Shown piece by piece: positions 9,769 through 19,413 of a stretch of DNA of 64,000 nucleotides. The notes below the pieces were generated by a model. It did not search any database. It saw nothing but the letters and a program-made list of their open reading frames with translations, and was not told the origin of the DNA. This DNA comes from a virus: positions 23,761 to 87,760 of the IMG/VR virus record IMGVR_UViG_3300036832_001118, one strand, 5' to 3'. The translations under genes were made by a program, and so were the position numbers. Position 1 is the stretch's first letter; every line of letters begins with the position of its first letter.

Positions 9769-10359
9769 ATGGCTAACCCAGTTTGGACTTTGGAAGATGC
9801 GAACATGTTCTGCGGTGTCGGTCCCACCGACAACACGGCCAGCAACCATCTGGTGCTGACCGAAGTAAAGCTCCCTGGCCTCGACATGCAGTACGTCGAC
9901 CATCGCGCTGGTGGCGCGCCGATTGCGATCGAAGTCAGCACAGTGATCGCCCGGCTTGAGTGCACGTTCGTCTGCGTCGGGCTGCAGGATCAGATCATCA
10001 AGCTGATAGGCAGTTGGAACAACACCATGAACTGGTTCTGGATCTATGGTGTGATCCGCGACCAAGGTAATGGCACGGCAGCTCAGGCGGCCGCGGCGAT
10101 CAAAGGTCAGCTTGGCCGTGCCGATCCGCAGAACTATCGACGTGGCGATCTAATGCACACGAACTACGCCATTCGCGGCATTACGCACTACGAATTCAAC
10201 ATCGCGGGCGCGAATGTGGTGCTCTGGGATTATATGTCCAACACCAGGATCATTGGCGACGTCGATCAGAACCGGGTCATCAATACCTTCCTCAACACCG
10301 CGGCAGTGACAGCGGCCCCGGCGATCTCGACCGTGTTCCCATTCCAGCCGGGTGAATAA
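9769..10359 (+). CDS. Tail tube protein (P2 FII-like)
   Basis: Position after the sheath; EVKLPGL...DHRAGG motif; AGGAG RBS. Confidence 0.85.
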   Translation: MANPVWTLEDANMFCGVGPTDNTASNHLVLTEVKLPGLDMQYVDHRAGGAPIAIEVSTVIARLECTFVCVGLQDQIIKLIGSWNNTMNWFWIYGVIRDQGNGTAAQAAAAIKGQLGRADPQNYRRGDLMHTNYAIRGITHYEFNIAGANVVLWDYMSNTRIIGDVDQNRVINTFLNTAAVTAAPAISTVFPFQPGE

Positions 10360-10893
10360 ATGAAAGCGTGGGCTATGCGCAACGACGGCACGTTCGTCGT
10401 TGAACTCTACACGCCGCTCAAGCATCAAAATCGGGAGATCGAATACATCGTCATTCAAGCTCCGCGCTACGAGCATTCCATCCGTTGGAACCGCGGTGAG
10501 ATCCCATCAGGCTTTGCCCTGTTGGCGGAACTCACCAACTTGCCAGAGCGATTGCTGCGTCAGGTGACCAATCCAGATATCGACCGCATCACCTTTGCGC
10601 TGTTCGCGCAGGCGAAGTTCGCGCAGACGGACGTGTTTGAGGGCAAGATCCCGCTCGCCACGCCGGATGAGCAGCTACCCGAAGACATGGAAACGCCAAT
10701 AGTCGATCAGGTTGATCCGCGCTTCCCGCACGTTGAAGGACCGATCAAACGCTTCCCAGCCCCGCCGGTCACACAAGTTCCCGGCGCGGCGCCACAACCC
10801 GGAGCAGCACCTGCGTCGCCAGCACCCGCAGCGCCAGCAGAGAATTTCGATCTTGGCTTTAGCGGGCCAGAAGCGATGAAGGCGGTTAGCTAA
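10360..10893 (+). CDS. Tail assembly chaperone (P2 gpE-like) with a Pro-rich tail
   Basis: VELYTPL..., LAELTNLP...D.DR motif; lies between tube and tape measure. Confidence 0.7.
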   Translation: MKAWAMRNDGTFVVELYTPLKHQNREIEYIVIQAPRYEHSIRWNRGEIPSGFALLAELTNLPERLLRQVTNPDIDRITFALFAQAKFAQTDVFEGKIPLATPDEQLPEDMETPIVDQVDPRFPHVEGPIKRFPAPPVTQVPGAAPQPGAAPASPAPAAPAENFDLGFSGPEAMKAVS

Positions 10894-13800
10894 ATGGACG
10901 ACATCCTCGCCAGCGCTCAAGTTGTTTTGGAAGGCGTTGACAAAGTCAGTCCTGCTGCGACCTCGAGTATAGACGCGCTCAAACGGCTCGCCGCGACTGG
11001 CGCTGATGTACAACGGCAGCTGATCAATGCCGCACAGAACCATCAGCAAACGCTGCAAGTCCTTAATAAAATTTATGCGCAGAACCAGCAGGCGGCACAA
11101 GCCGCGGGTACGGGAGCGACCCAAGCCGCCAATGCAGCATCTCAGGCGGTTCAGAAGCATACGCAAACGGTCCAACAAGTACCTCCCGCACTTAATGCGG
11201 CGGGACGTGCCGCCAATCAGCTGCAGAAACAACTGACGGATGCGTTCTCGGTCTATGCGATTGAGGAGTTCATTCGCAAGTCTTACATGGCTTTCACCAG
11301 CCAAGAATTGGCGATGCGTAGAGTTCAACTCGCCGCTGGCGGCACGACAGAGGAGATCAACAAGGTACACCGGGGACTGCACGATATAGCCACCGAAACT
11401 AACCAAGCGACCGAGAATATGGCCAAGGCGTTTCGCGACTTTCAGGCCCGATCCGGGCTGGGCTATGGTGAGGCAGTAAAGGCGTTTAGGGCCGTGGCTG
11501 ATGCCGCTGATTTGGCTGGCGTCCACGTTGACGCGATGTCGCGCGTTGCCACGGCGGCGATGGCGCAGTTGAACATCAACGACAAGGAATTGTCGCAGCT
11601 CATGGGAGCTTTTGGCAAAGCCTTCGCCGGAATGGGCAGTGAAGCTTTGCATGTCATGCCGAATATCATTGCCTTGATGCAGCGGCTTCATATCACCGGA
11701 AAGGATGCGCTTGAAGGAGTTGCTGCTGCTATCCAGGCTACAGGCAAGCTACAGGGCTCAGCTGAGGGGGCCGCGCGCGGGTATCAGGCCATCGTCGACC
11801 TGGCGTCTCGTCCAGATACTAGGCTGGGTTATGTACTTCAAGACAAAGTTCAAGCCGTTGCGGATCATATTGGCGACACTACCGATTTATACGCGGCTGC
11901 CCTTGAGAAGATGCGAGAGGAATGGAAGAAGACTGGCGGCAATTTTCGCAGCGAGATGATGCAATTGAATTTAATGTTTGAGGGCAACCAAGACGCAATA
12001 CAAACGGCCCGAGCTGCCATGAAGTTATCCGATGAGGAATTTAAAAAATACATTCAAGACTTGAAGGAAAAAATGGCGACAGAAAAAGAAGCCGCAAAGC
12101 TACATGAAGAGACCATGAGAGGAGCAATCGACGGAACGCGTAAGCTCATTGGCGCCTGGAATGATTTGGAACTTTCGATCGGCGGGCTCCTGGATAAGCT
12201 GGGCGCAACCGACAGTCTGAATAGTACCGTCACTGATTTGAAGAAGCTCACGGAATTGCTTGAGTGGCTAGATAAGTTCATGAAAGAGCATATGAGTATG
12301 GGAGGGCTCGGCGGTGTAACAAGTGGATTTGGTCTCGGGACGCGGTTTCGCGAGCATATTTTAAGTCTTCCTCCCGCCTTCAGCATGGGCACCCCGGCGC
12401 CGCCGAGAATGCAATCTGGCGGCGTTGTCACTGAACCAACCGTCGCAATGATCGGCGAGGCTGGGCCCGAAGCGGTCGTGCCGCTCGGCGGTGGTGGCGC
12501 TGATATGCGTGGCGCTGACGGCGGCACTCAAGCCGAGCGTGAGGCGGCCGAGATGTGGGGACGTCTGCATGGTCTGGCCGGAGCGCGCCACAAGCACGTC
12601 GATCTGAAGGGCCAACTCAGCCAAGAGGAATTGGACAAGATCCTGCAAGCTGAGGGAGGTGGCGGCCCTGGTGGTGGCGGCCGTGACACCGGGTGGGGAC
12701 CGGGGAGTGGACGCGGGGGAACCAGAGGGGACGGCACCTCTCGTGGTGACGGCAGAACTGACGACAATAGAACTTCCGATGTGAAGCCGCCTCCAGCGGC
12801 AGCGCCACTGCCAACGCAAGGCGCGGCTGGCATCCCTGGGTTACCCGGCAGCCCATCCGGTCCAGCGCTGACGCCTGAAGAGCGCAAAGCGGCGGGGGCG
12901 CCGAGCGGTGGAACAGGAGGAGAATTTCAAGCCGGTGGAAAGTACTCAAAATCACAGCAGGCGGCCATCAATGCCGTTGTAAATGAATGGCGCAAGGCTG
13001 GAATGTCTGATGTTGGCATTGCAGGTGTTCTTGCCAACATTCGTGAGGAATCTACATTTGATCCAACTTTGCGACATCCCGATCAGCCAAAATACGGCGG
13101 TGAAGCGCATTTTGCGCATGGCTTGTATCAGGAAGGCGGCGCTGAATGGAATAACTACGTAAGTTGGATGCAGCGGAATTATCCAAAAGGCGATTGGCGT
13201 GATCCGAAATTGCAAAGTGAATTTGCTGCTAAGAATTTGCGCGAAGGGATAGGCGACGCGCGTTATAAGGCAGTTTGGGAAAGGATGAAAAATGCCAAGA
13301 CGCCAGCGGAAGCAGCAGCGGCTTATGTTGAAGGTTATTTGAAACCTGCCGCAAAATATCGAGAAAAACGCGTTCGTGAGTTCAGGGCCGGTGGCGCTCC
13401 CGGTTTAGAGACATATGGAACCGGAACTGGTGGCCCCGCTGAGATAGCGCGACCCGACTTGCCGCCGATAGGTCAGGTCGCCGGGCTGCCGGGTGGGCCG
13501 TCTGGTCCGAGCCTGACGCCGGAACAAAGGAAAGCGGCTGCGACTGGTGGCGGTGGGGGCGGCGGCGAGGGTGGTGGCAGTGTGATCTCTCCATTCCCAG
13601 GCGCTCATGGGTTTGGAATCGGGTCTAGCAATGTTTATGGAGCAGGCAGAAGCGGAGGGCGCCGAGCGCATTCAGGTAATGATCTTCATGCCGGTGATAG
13701 TCCGGGGTCGACTCCGAATGGCACGCCTGTAGTGTCAATGACTGGTGGTACGGTTCTCTACAACGGCAGGAATTCGGGATATGGAGCAAATATTGTCATC

Positions 13801-14973
13801 AGGGGCGATGACGGCATTATTCGTAGATACGCAGTTCATGGAAGTACTGCGGATCTAAAGCCGGGAGCGCATGTTGATCAGGGGCAGTTCATTGGTCGCA
13901 TTGGGGAGAACCATCTCCATTACGAGGAAATTCCGCCTACCAGAAATGGTAGGGACAATCCAGTCTATCATGAATTTGAGAGAAATGCGAGGACCAATAC
14001 ATTTACCAACACAGCAAACCAAAGAGGAACCGTTGATCCTTCTGGCCCCCACGGATCATTGCAGAACATAGGCAAGAAAAAAGAGCAGGTCGACCAAGCA
14101 ACCGGCCCGACGAAGCCTGGCGGCAAGGGCACCAAGCTCTTCATTCATGGAATGAATTATGAGCGCTTTGGTGACGCCAGCAAGATACAAGATGAGATCG
14201 AAGCGGATGTGCGGCGTCAAGCAGCGGCCGAGGGTTACGACAACGTAGAGTTTGTTCGCGGCAGCAATAACCAGCAAAAAATTGCTGAGGCCGATGCGCG
14301 TCTGAAGAAAGGGGGTATCACGAAGGTTGATGGCTTCTCGCAGGGTGGCTACATTATCAATAATCACCTGCGAAAGAGATATCCAAAAATTGCTATGACG
14401 GATTATGGTGCCACAAAAAGTGGCGCTGATCCTAATTTCCCTGGCGTCAAACATATGCAGTTGCCGAAGGCGGCGGCTGATAGAGCTGTCGAAGAGCGTA
14501 AGGCGCGCGAGGCCAAGGCGGCACCAGCGCCTGCTGTCCGCAGCGCTGAAGTTGAGCGCGGTGAGGCAGCTGGCCTACAGGCGCGCCTCGCCCAGGCTGA
14601 CAAGGAAGCGGCGGCAGCTAAGCCCAAGAAGGAAGCGGCAGGACCGCCGCTAGCATTGAAGACGGCTAAGGCGATGGCCGAGGGCGGCATCGTCACGCGA
14701 CCGACCGATGCGCTCGTTGGCGAGGCGGGTCCCGAGGCGATCATTCCGCTGGACGGTGGCGGCTCAAGTAGTTTGGACATTGACAGTTTGCTCCGGCAAC
14801 ACGCCGAGTTGCAGGCACATATGAACCAAAATCCGATCGAGGTGCCGATGGCTGAGCCGCATCGCATGGGGGGCGGTCGCCAACCGTTCGGTCGCATGAT
14901 TGAGATGTCGCGACGTAAGACCGAAGCGCGCCGCACGGCACATGAAGTGCCGCTCGATACAGGGCCGATGTAA
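10894..14973 (+). CDS. Tape measure protein 1 with phage-tail-lysozyme-like, M23 peptidase and GxSxG hydrolase-like cargo domains
   Basis: About 480-aa helical N-terminus. Cargo motifs: GIAGVLANIREESTFDP/HGLYQ; HSGNDL...GTPV...GYG...HLHYE (M23); LFIHG...GFSQGG. Two GG.VT.PT.A..GEAGPEA..PL motifs. Confidence 0.85.
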   Translation: MDDILASAQVVLEGVDKVSPAATSSIDALKRLAATGADVQRQLINAAQNHQQTLQVLNKIYAQNQQAAQAAGTGATQAANAASQAVQKHTQTVQQVPPALNAAGRAANQLQKQLTDAFSVYAIEEFIRKSYMAFTSQELAMRRVQLAAGGTTEEINKVHRGLHDIATETNQATENMAKAFRDFQARSGLGYGEAVKAFRAVADAADLAGVHVDAMSRVATAAMAQLNINDKELSQLMGAFGKAFAGMGSEALHVMPNIIALMQRLHITGKDALEGVAAAIQATGKLQGSAEGAARGYQAIVDLASRPDTRLGYVLQDKVQAVADHIGDTTDLYAAALEKMREEWKKTGGNFRSEMMQLNLMFEGNQDAIQTARAAMKLSDEEFKKYIQDLKEKMATEKEAAKLHEETMRGAIDGTRKLIGAWNDLELSIGGLLDKLGATDSLNSTVTDLKKLTELLEWLDKFMKEHMSMGGLGGVTSGFGLGTRFREHILSLPPAFSMGTPAPPRMQSGGVVTEPTVAMIGEAGPEAVVPLGGGGADMRGADGGTQAEREAAEMWGRLHGLAGARHKHVDLKGQLSQEELDKILQAEGGGGPGGGGRDTGWGPGSGRGGTRGDGTSRGDGRTDDNRTSDVKPPPAAAPLPTQGAAGIPGLPGSPSGPALTPEERKAAGAPSGGTGGEFQAGGKYSKSQQAAINAVVNEWRKAGMSDVGIAGVLANIREESTFDPTLRHPDQPKYGGEAHFAHGLYQEGGAEWNNYVSWMQRNYPKGDWRDPKLQSEFAAKNLREGIGDARYKAVWERMKNAKTPAEAAAAYVEGYLKPAAKYREKRVREFRAGGAPGLETYGTGTGGPAEIARPDLPPIGQVAGLPGGPSGPSLTPEQRKAAATGGGGGGGEGGGSVISPFPGAHGFGIGSSNVYGAGRSGGRRAHSGNDLHAGDSPGSTPNGTPVVSMTGGTVLYNGRNSGYGANIVIRGDDGIIRRYAVHGSTADLKPGAHVDQGQFIGRIGENHLHYEEIPPTRNGRDNPVYHEFERNARTNTFTNTANQRGTVDPSGPHGSLQNIGKKKEQVDQATGPTKPGGKGTKLFIHGMNYERFGDASKIQDEIEADVRRQAAAEGYDNVEFVRGSNNQQKIAEADARLKKGGITKVDGFSQGGYIINNHLRKRYPKIAMTDYGATKSGADPNFPGVKHMQLPKAAADRAVEERKAREAKAAPAPAVRSAEVERGEAAGLQARLAQADKEAAAAKPKKEAAGPPLALKTAKAMAEGGIVTRPTDALVGEAGPEAIIPLDGGGSSSLDIDSLLRQHAELQAHMNQNPIEVPMAEPHRMGGGRQPFGRMIEMSRRKTEARRTAHEVPLDTGPM

Positions 14974-17900
14974 TGGATGAAGTTGTCGGCAGCGCCAAGG
15001 TTGTTCTGGAGGGTATCGATAAGATTAGCCCTGCCGTAACAACCAGTATCGATACACTTAAAAAGTGGGCGGCAAGTGGCGCCGATGTGCAACGGCAGTT
15101 GATCCAGGCTGCGCAGAAGCATCAACAAACACTGCAAGTGCTTAACCAGATCTACGCACAGAACCAACAAGCCGCACAAGCTGCAGGCGGCGCAACGACA
15201 CAAGCGTTCAATGCAGGAACGCAGGCGGCTCAGCAATTAACGCAGGCGGTTCAGAAAGTGCCGCCCTCACTTATTAATATCGGACAGGCCGGCGCCGTCT
15301 TACAAAAACAAGTCGCCGGCTATTTCTCGATCTACGCGATTGAGGAGTTCATTCGCAAGTCTTACATGGCTTTCACCAGTCATGAAGAACATATGCGGCG
15401 AATTCAACTCGCCTTTGGCGGTACCACAGAGGAGATCAAAAAACTACATGGTGAACTGAGTAGCCTGGCGGCAGCGGTCGGGTCAACAACAGAGAAGATG
15501 ACTGACGACCTCCGTGCGTTTATGGCCGGTTCAGGACTTGGACGCGGCGAGGCACTGGAGGCGTTCAAGGGTATTGCCATGGCGGCCGACGAGGCCGGCA
15601 TTCACGTGCAGGATATGTCACGCATTGCCACAATGGCAATGGCACAGCTGCAAATTAGCACGCGAGAGATGCCCCAGTTAATGGGGTCAATGGGTAAGGC
15701 TTTCGCTGAAATGGGCGCTGCGGCCGCGCGCGTCCTGCCGAATATCATCACTTTGATGCAGCAGATCGGCCTTACAGGCAAAGCCAATCTGCAAGCCGCC
15801 TTGGCCATCGCCGAGGTCAGCACAAAAGCTACCGGCGACGCAGAGATTTCTTGGCGTAATCTGCAGACCATATTGCAGCAAATGGGCGATCCCGAAAGCA
15901 AATTGAATCGTCAGGCGGCGGATAGGTTCGACGCTTTCAAACAGAATATTGGCGATACCATCGATGCATACATGATTGCCGTTGATTGGACGCGGGATGT
16001 TATGAAGCGGCATCCCGACATCCGCAGCGTAAACGCTGAAATGGATTGGATGTTTGGCCATAATGTGCAGCTGCAGGAACAGTTAAAACACGATGCGGCA
16101 GTCGAGCGGGATGAGTTATATAAAACATTACGGGCCCAGAAGGATGCGCTCGGTAATGTCAAGGAGATCGATGAGGCGCATCAAAAGTTTGTAAAGGGCT
16201 CAATAGATGGAACGCGTCGGCTCTCGCAAGCTTTGATCGACGTGGCAGTATCGGCCGGTGGATTTCTTGATTCGATTGGCATGACTGATACTTTGCATAG
16301 CACTGTTACCGACCTGCAACATCTCAAAGAACTCATTGAATGGTTTCAAGGGAAGAGTAAGGAGGGCGAAGACAAGGGCGGCGTTCCGAACGATGCTTCA
16401 GAGTACAGGGACATGCTGCGCCGCCGAATACACCCACCGGCTAAGCCAGAAATCAAGCCACATCAATCTGGTGGCGTTGTTAGTGAGCCGACCTTGGCAA
16501 TGATCGGTGAGGCTGGGCCGGAAGCCGTGGTCCCGCTGACACGCGGCTTTGATATGCGCGGCGCCTCGGGCGGTACGCAGGCCGAGCGGGACGCCGGGAC
16601 AATGTGGGCTCGCTTGCATGGTCTGGCACTAACGCGGACCAAGCATATCGATCTGCACGGGAAGCTGACGCAGGAAACCATCGACAAGCTGATGGGTGGC
16701 GGGGGCAGCTCTGGCGGAGGTGGCGCCAGCGGGGATTCCAGCGGGGCGAGCGGGACACCGACGGGGACAAGCAGCACGACGGGTGACAGCAAATCAACTG
16801 GCGATAGCAAGGCTGATACAGGCGGTACGCAACCGGCCCCGCCTGGGGCAGAGGGAACATTCCGACCTGTTTATAAACTAGGGGGTGCTGATCTCAGCGA
16901 CGCCGTCGTCAATACGATTGCCGGCGAAGCTTACACCAACAATCAAGAGAGCGTCGATGCTGTCATCAATAATATGCTGAATCGCGTCGGATCGAAAGGC
17001 TGGGGGCCATCCGGCGACATGCAACAGGTAGCACGCGCGCGCGGTCAATATGCTGGCTATCGTAAGGCCAATGCTAAAGAAGCTGAATTTATTCGTAACA
17101 GAATCAAAGCCATCGCGTCCGGTGGGGTTAAAGACAACACTGGTGGATCAAACGAATATCGAGCAGGTTCCTACCGCGGGCCTTGGTATCAACATCATCG
17201 CGACGCACCAGTAGTTGGTGGCAATCGATTTGGCTTTAATCCAAAAGTTTCAAATGGACCTTACGCTCCTTATCCAACCAAGATGATGGCCAAGGGCGGA
17301 ATTGTTACGAAGCCTACGCTGGCGACGATCGGCGAGAATGGGCCAGAGGCCGTGGTGCCGCTCCAGGAGGTGGGTACAAAGGGGCAACAACAGCAGTTTT
17401 GGGGAATGCCGAGTGAGGGTGGAAAGGAGGGAGAAGCGGATTTAGATCCAGTACGTGCATTAGCGTTCGAGAATGAAAAAATTTTAGGACAGCCTGGGCG
17501 TCATCGTGCTTCGCAGTGGCACGAGTGGTTGAAGCAAAATCCCTATGGCCGTGGGGTAAGTGAGGGAGAAGCTATAGGTACCAATCCATTTGGGGTTCGA
17601 CAAAAGGAGTATTTGAAACAGCTAGAACGTACAATGGAGGTACAGGGAGATAACCCTGATCTCGATAAGAGAGTCTTGGAAGATTTAGGCCCTCGTCCAT
17701 CGCAAGCCAGCCTCACTGGTGGCGGCGGCTCTAGTGGTGGTGCCGGTGCCAGCATGAACTTCGGTGGTGGCTTTGGCGGCGGCGAAACATCTGCACCGGA
17801 AGGCTACACGCCGAGCGTGGCCAACATACATCCAAACGCTCATGGATTTCTTAACGCGATTGCTAGCACAGAGACAGACTTCAGCGAAAGAGAGGCTTAC

Positions 17901-18473
17901 TCCGACGCGACTAACGTCAAGAGCTACGGCGGCAACACGTCGATGTACGATTACGGCTACTATCAGATGGCTCAGCGTGACATCGACTATGCTGTCAAAA
18001 CTCTGCACATGTCTCCGGAGATAGCTCAGCATTTGACTGGTGGGCCTGATCATAAGAGTACGCTCGATCAGCAGACTGCTTCCGTTAATGAATATTTGCA
18101 GCGGCGTTATCCAGACGCTTATAGAAATCTAGTGGAGCGCGGTGACTATGAAGGCATGCGCCAGGCCACGAGGCATGGCAAAAGCTGGGTTTGGTTTGGC
18201 CTGAAAGACAAACCCAAGCAAGCTTTGACTGAGTACAACAAGGTCGCGCAGCCGCAGACCACGGCAGTGACGCCGCTGCCCAAGTCGCGACCGGCATCGG
18301 CGCAGGCAAGCGCACAGACCCACTTCAACAACAACCCGATTCAGGTGCCGGTCGCCCCGGCCAAGCTTGGGGCACACCGCCAATCGTTTGCGCGCAGCGC
18401 TGGTTGGGCGCAGCGCAAGGCGCATGCCCGCAGCGCTCGACAGGAAGCCACGGTTCATACCGGGGAGATGTAA
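14973..18473 (+). CDS. Tape measure protein 2 (paralogue) with SleB/Hydrolase_2-like and lysozyme-like cargo
   Basis: N- and C-termini are clearly homologous to TMP1. Cargo motifs: TIAGEA...AVINNMLNRV...QYAGY; FLNAIASTE...YGYYQM. Confidence 0.85.
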   Translation: MDEVVGSAKVVLEGIDKISPAVTTSIDTLKKWAASGADVQRQLIQAAQKHQQTLQVLNQIYAQNQQAAQAAGGATTQAFNAGTQAAQQLTQAVQKVPPSLINIGQAGAVLQKQVAGYFSIYAIEEFIRKSYMAFTSHEEHMRRIQLAFGGTTEEIKKLHGELSSLAAAVGSTTEKMTDDLRAFMAGSGLGRGEALEAFKGIAMAADEAGIHVQDMSRIATMAMAQLQISTREMPQLMGSMGKAFAEMGAAAARVLPNIITLMQQIGLTGKANLQAALAIAEVSTKATGDAEISWRNLQTILQQMGDPESKLNRQAADRFDAFKQNIGDTIDAYMIAVDWTRDVMKRHPDIRSVNAEMDWMFGHNVQLQEQLKHDAAVERDELYKTLRAQKDALGNVKEIDEAHQKFVKGSIDGTRRLSQALIDVAVSAGGFLDSIGMTDTLHSTVTDLQHLKELIEWFQGKSKEGEDKGGVPNDASEYRDMLRRRIHPPAKPEIKPHQSGGVVSEPTLAMIGEAGPEAVVPLTRGFDMRGASGGTQAERDAGTMWARLHGLALTRTKHIDLHGKLTQETIDKLMGGGGSSGGGGASGDSSGASGTPTGTSSTTGDSKSTGDSKADTGGTQPAPPGAEGTFRPVYKLGGADLSDAVVNTIAGEAYTNNQESVDAVINNMLNRVGSKGWGPSGDMQQVARARGQYAGYRKANAKEAEFIRNRIKAIASGGVKDNTGGSNEYRAGSYRGPWYQHHRDAPVVGGNRFGFNPKVSNGPYAPYPTKMMAKGGIVTKPTLATIGENGPEAVVPLQEVGTKGQQQQFWGMPSEGGKEGEADLDPVRALAFENEKILGQPGRHRASQWHEWLKQNPYGRGVSEGEAIGTNPFGVRQKEYLKQLERTMEVQGDNPDLDKRVLEDLGPRPSQASLTGGGGSSGGAGASMNFGGGFGGGETSAPEGYTPSVANIHPNAHGFLNAIASTETDFSEREAYSDATNVKSYGGNTSMYDYGYYQMAQRDIDYAVKTLHMSPEIAQHLTGGPDHKSTLDQQTASVNEYLQRRYPDAYRNLVERGDYEGMRQATRHGKSWVWFGLKDKPKQALTEYNKVAQPQTTAVTPLPKSRPASAQASAQTHFNNNPIQVPVAPAKLGAHRQSFARSAGWAQRKAHARSARQEATVHTGEM

Positions 18474-19121
18474 ATGGCCGTTCCACCCTTCACCGTCCCT
18501 CTTCCGAACGTCATCGGTGTCAAGAACCCGCCGGTTACCCCGCCCGTAGAGAACACTTTCAAAATCCGGCCTTATTACGAGGCTTATGCTAGCGGTCAAA
18601 CGAGCAAGTATCCCTATGCGAGCTGGCTGCAGAACGGAGCCAGCCTGTATGCGCCGACGACAGATAGCGGCATCAACAATGTTCTATACGCGTGGGGGCC
18701 GATCCAATTTATTGTTGTTGGATTGAACACGCATGAGCTGGACCACGATACGGAAACGGATTGGGCGCAGAAGGAAATTGTAAACGCGGCGATCTACAGG
18801 GAGTGGGTAGGAGAAAACGATGAGCAACTCTACGTGCGCGGGCGCATATTCCCTTATCGTATCCAGGGCATGACACAGCTCGAAGCATTCGAGTTGCAAC
18901 GGCGCGGCGGCATTGTCAACCAACTCATCCGCGGTGATGGCTTGATCATGGGCTGGTTTGCCTGTCAGAAACTCGTGCGCGGTCATACGTTCCTGTCTGC
19001 GGAAGGCGTCGGCCAGCAGATCGCTTTCGAGACCGTGCTGGTGCGTTGTCCTGTGCCCGCTGCTGACAATCGCTATTCCAGTCTTTGGGGCACCATGATC
19101 AATCCGCAGGGACTAGGCTGA
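18474..19121 (+). CDS. P2 gpU-like tail/baseplate protein
   Basis: LYAWGPIQF...WAQKEI...EWVGE...LIRGDG..MGWF motif; position after the TMPs. Confidence 0.8.
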   Translation: MAVPPFTVPLPNVIGVKNPPVTPPVENTFKIRPYYEAYASGQTSKYPYASWLQNGASLYAPTTDSGINNVLYAWGPIQFIVVGLNTHELDHDTETDWAQKEIVNAAIYREWVGENDEQLYVRGRIFPYRIQGMTQLEAFELQRRGGIVNQLIRGDGLIMGWFACQKLVRGHTFLSAEGVGQQIAFETVLVRCPVPAADNRYSSLWGTMINPQGLG

Positions 19122-19143
19122 TGGGCAAGCGTAGGTATGCCGC

Positions 19144-19413
19144 ATGGTGACCGGTTTCGAATTAGTCCAGGTGACGACAGACTACGTCACCGCAGATCTG
19201 ATTATTTGGAAGCGCTATAAGCGCAAAGCGCCGGGTATGGTCGAGCTGATGCTGGACGCCAATCCGCAGTTGGCCTTCGTGCACCGGACCACGCCGTTCA
19301 TTCCGCCGGGCACTTATCTGCGTGTGCCGATCGATCCTGGAATGATCCTTGGGCGTATCGCGCCGCTGCCCACGGATTCCTTGTGGACTGACAGGGCGGG
19401 TAGTACGCTGTGA
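19144..19413 (+). CDS. P2 gpX-like tail protein
   Basis: DLIIWKRY...VELMLDANPQLA...IPPGT.L.VP motif. Confidence 0.85.
   Translation: MVTGFELVQVTTDYVTADLIIWKRYKRKAPGMVELMLDANPQLAFVHRTTPFIPPGTYLRVPIDPGMILGRIAPLPTDSLWTDRAGSTL

Noticed and set aside
10360-10893. Programmed frameshift in the tail chaperone (gpE/E')
   Set aside because: No convincing slippery site with an overlapping second ORF; the TMP begins immediately after the stop.
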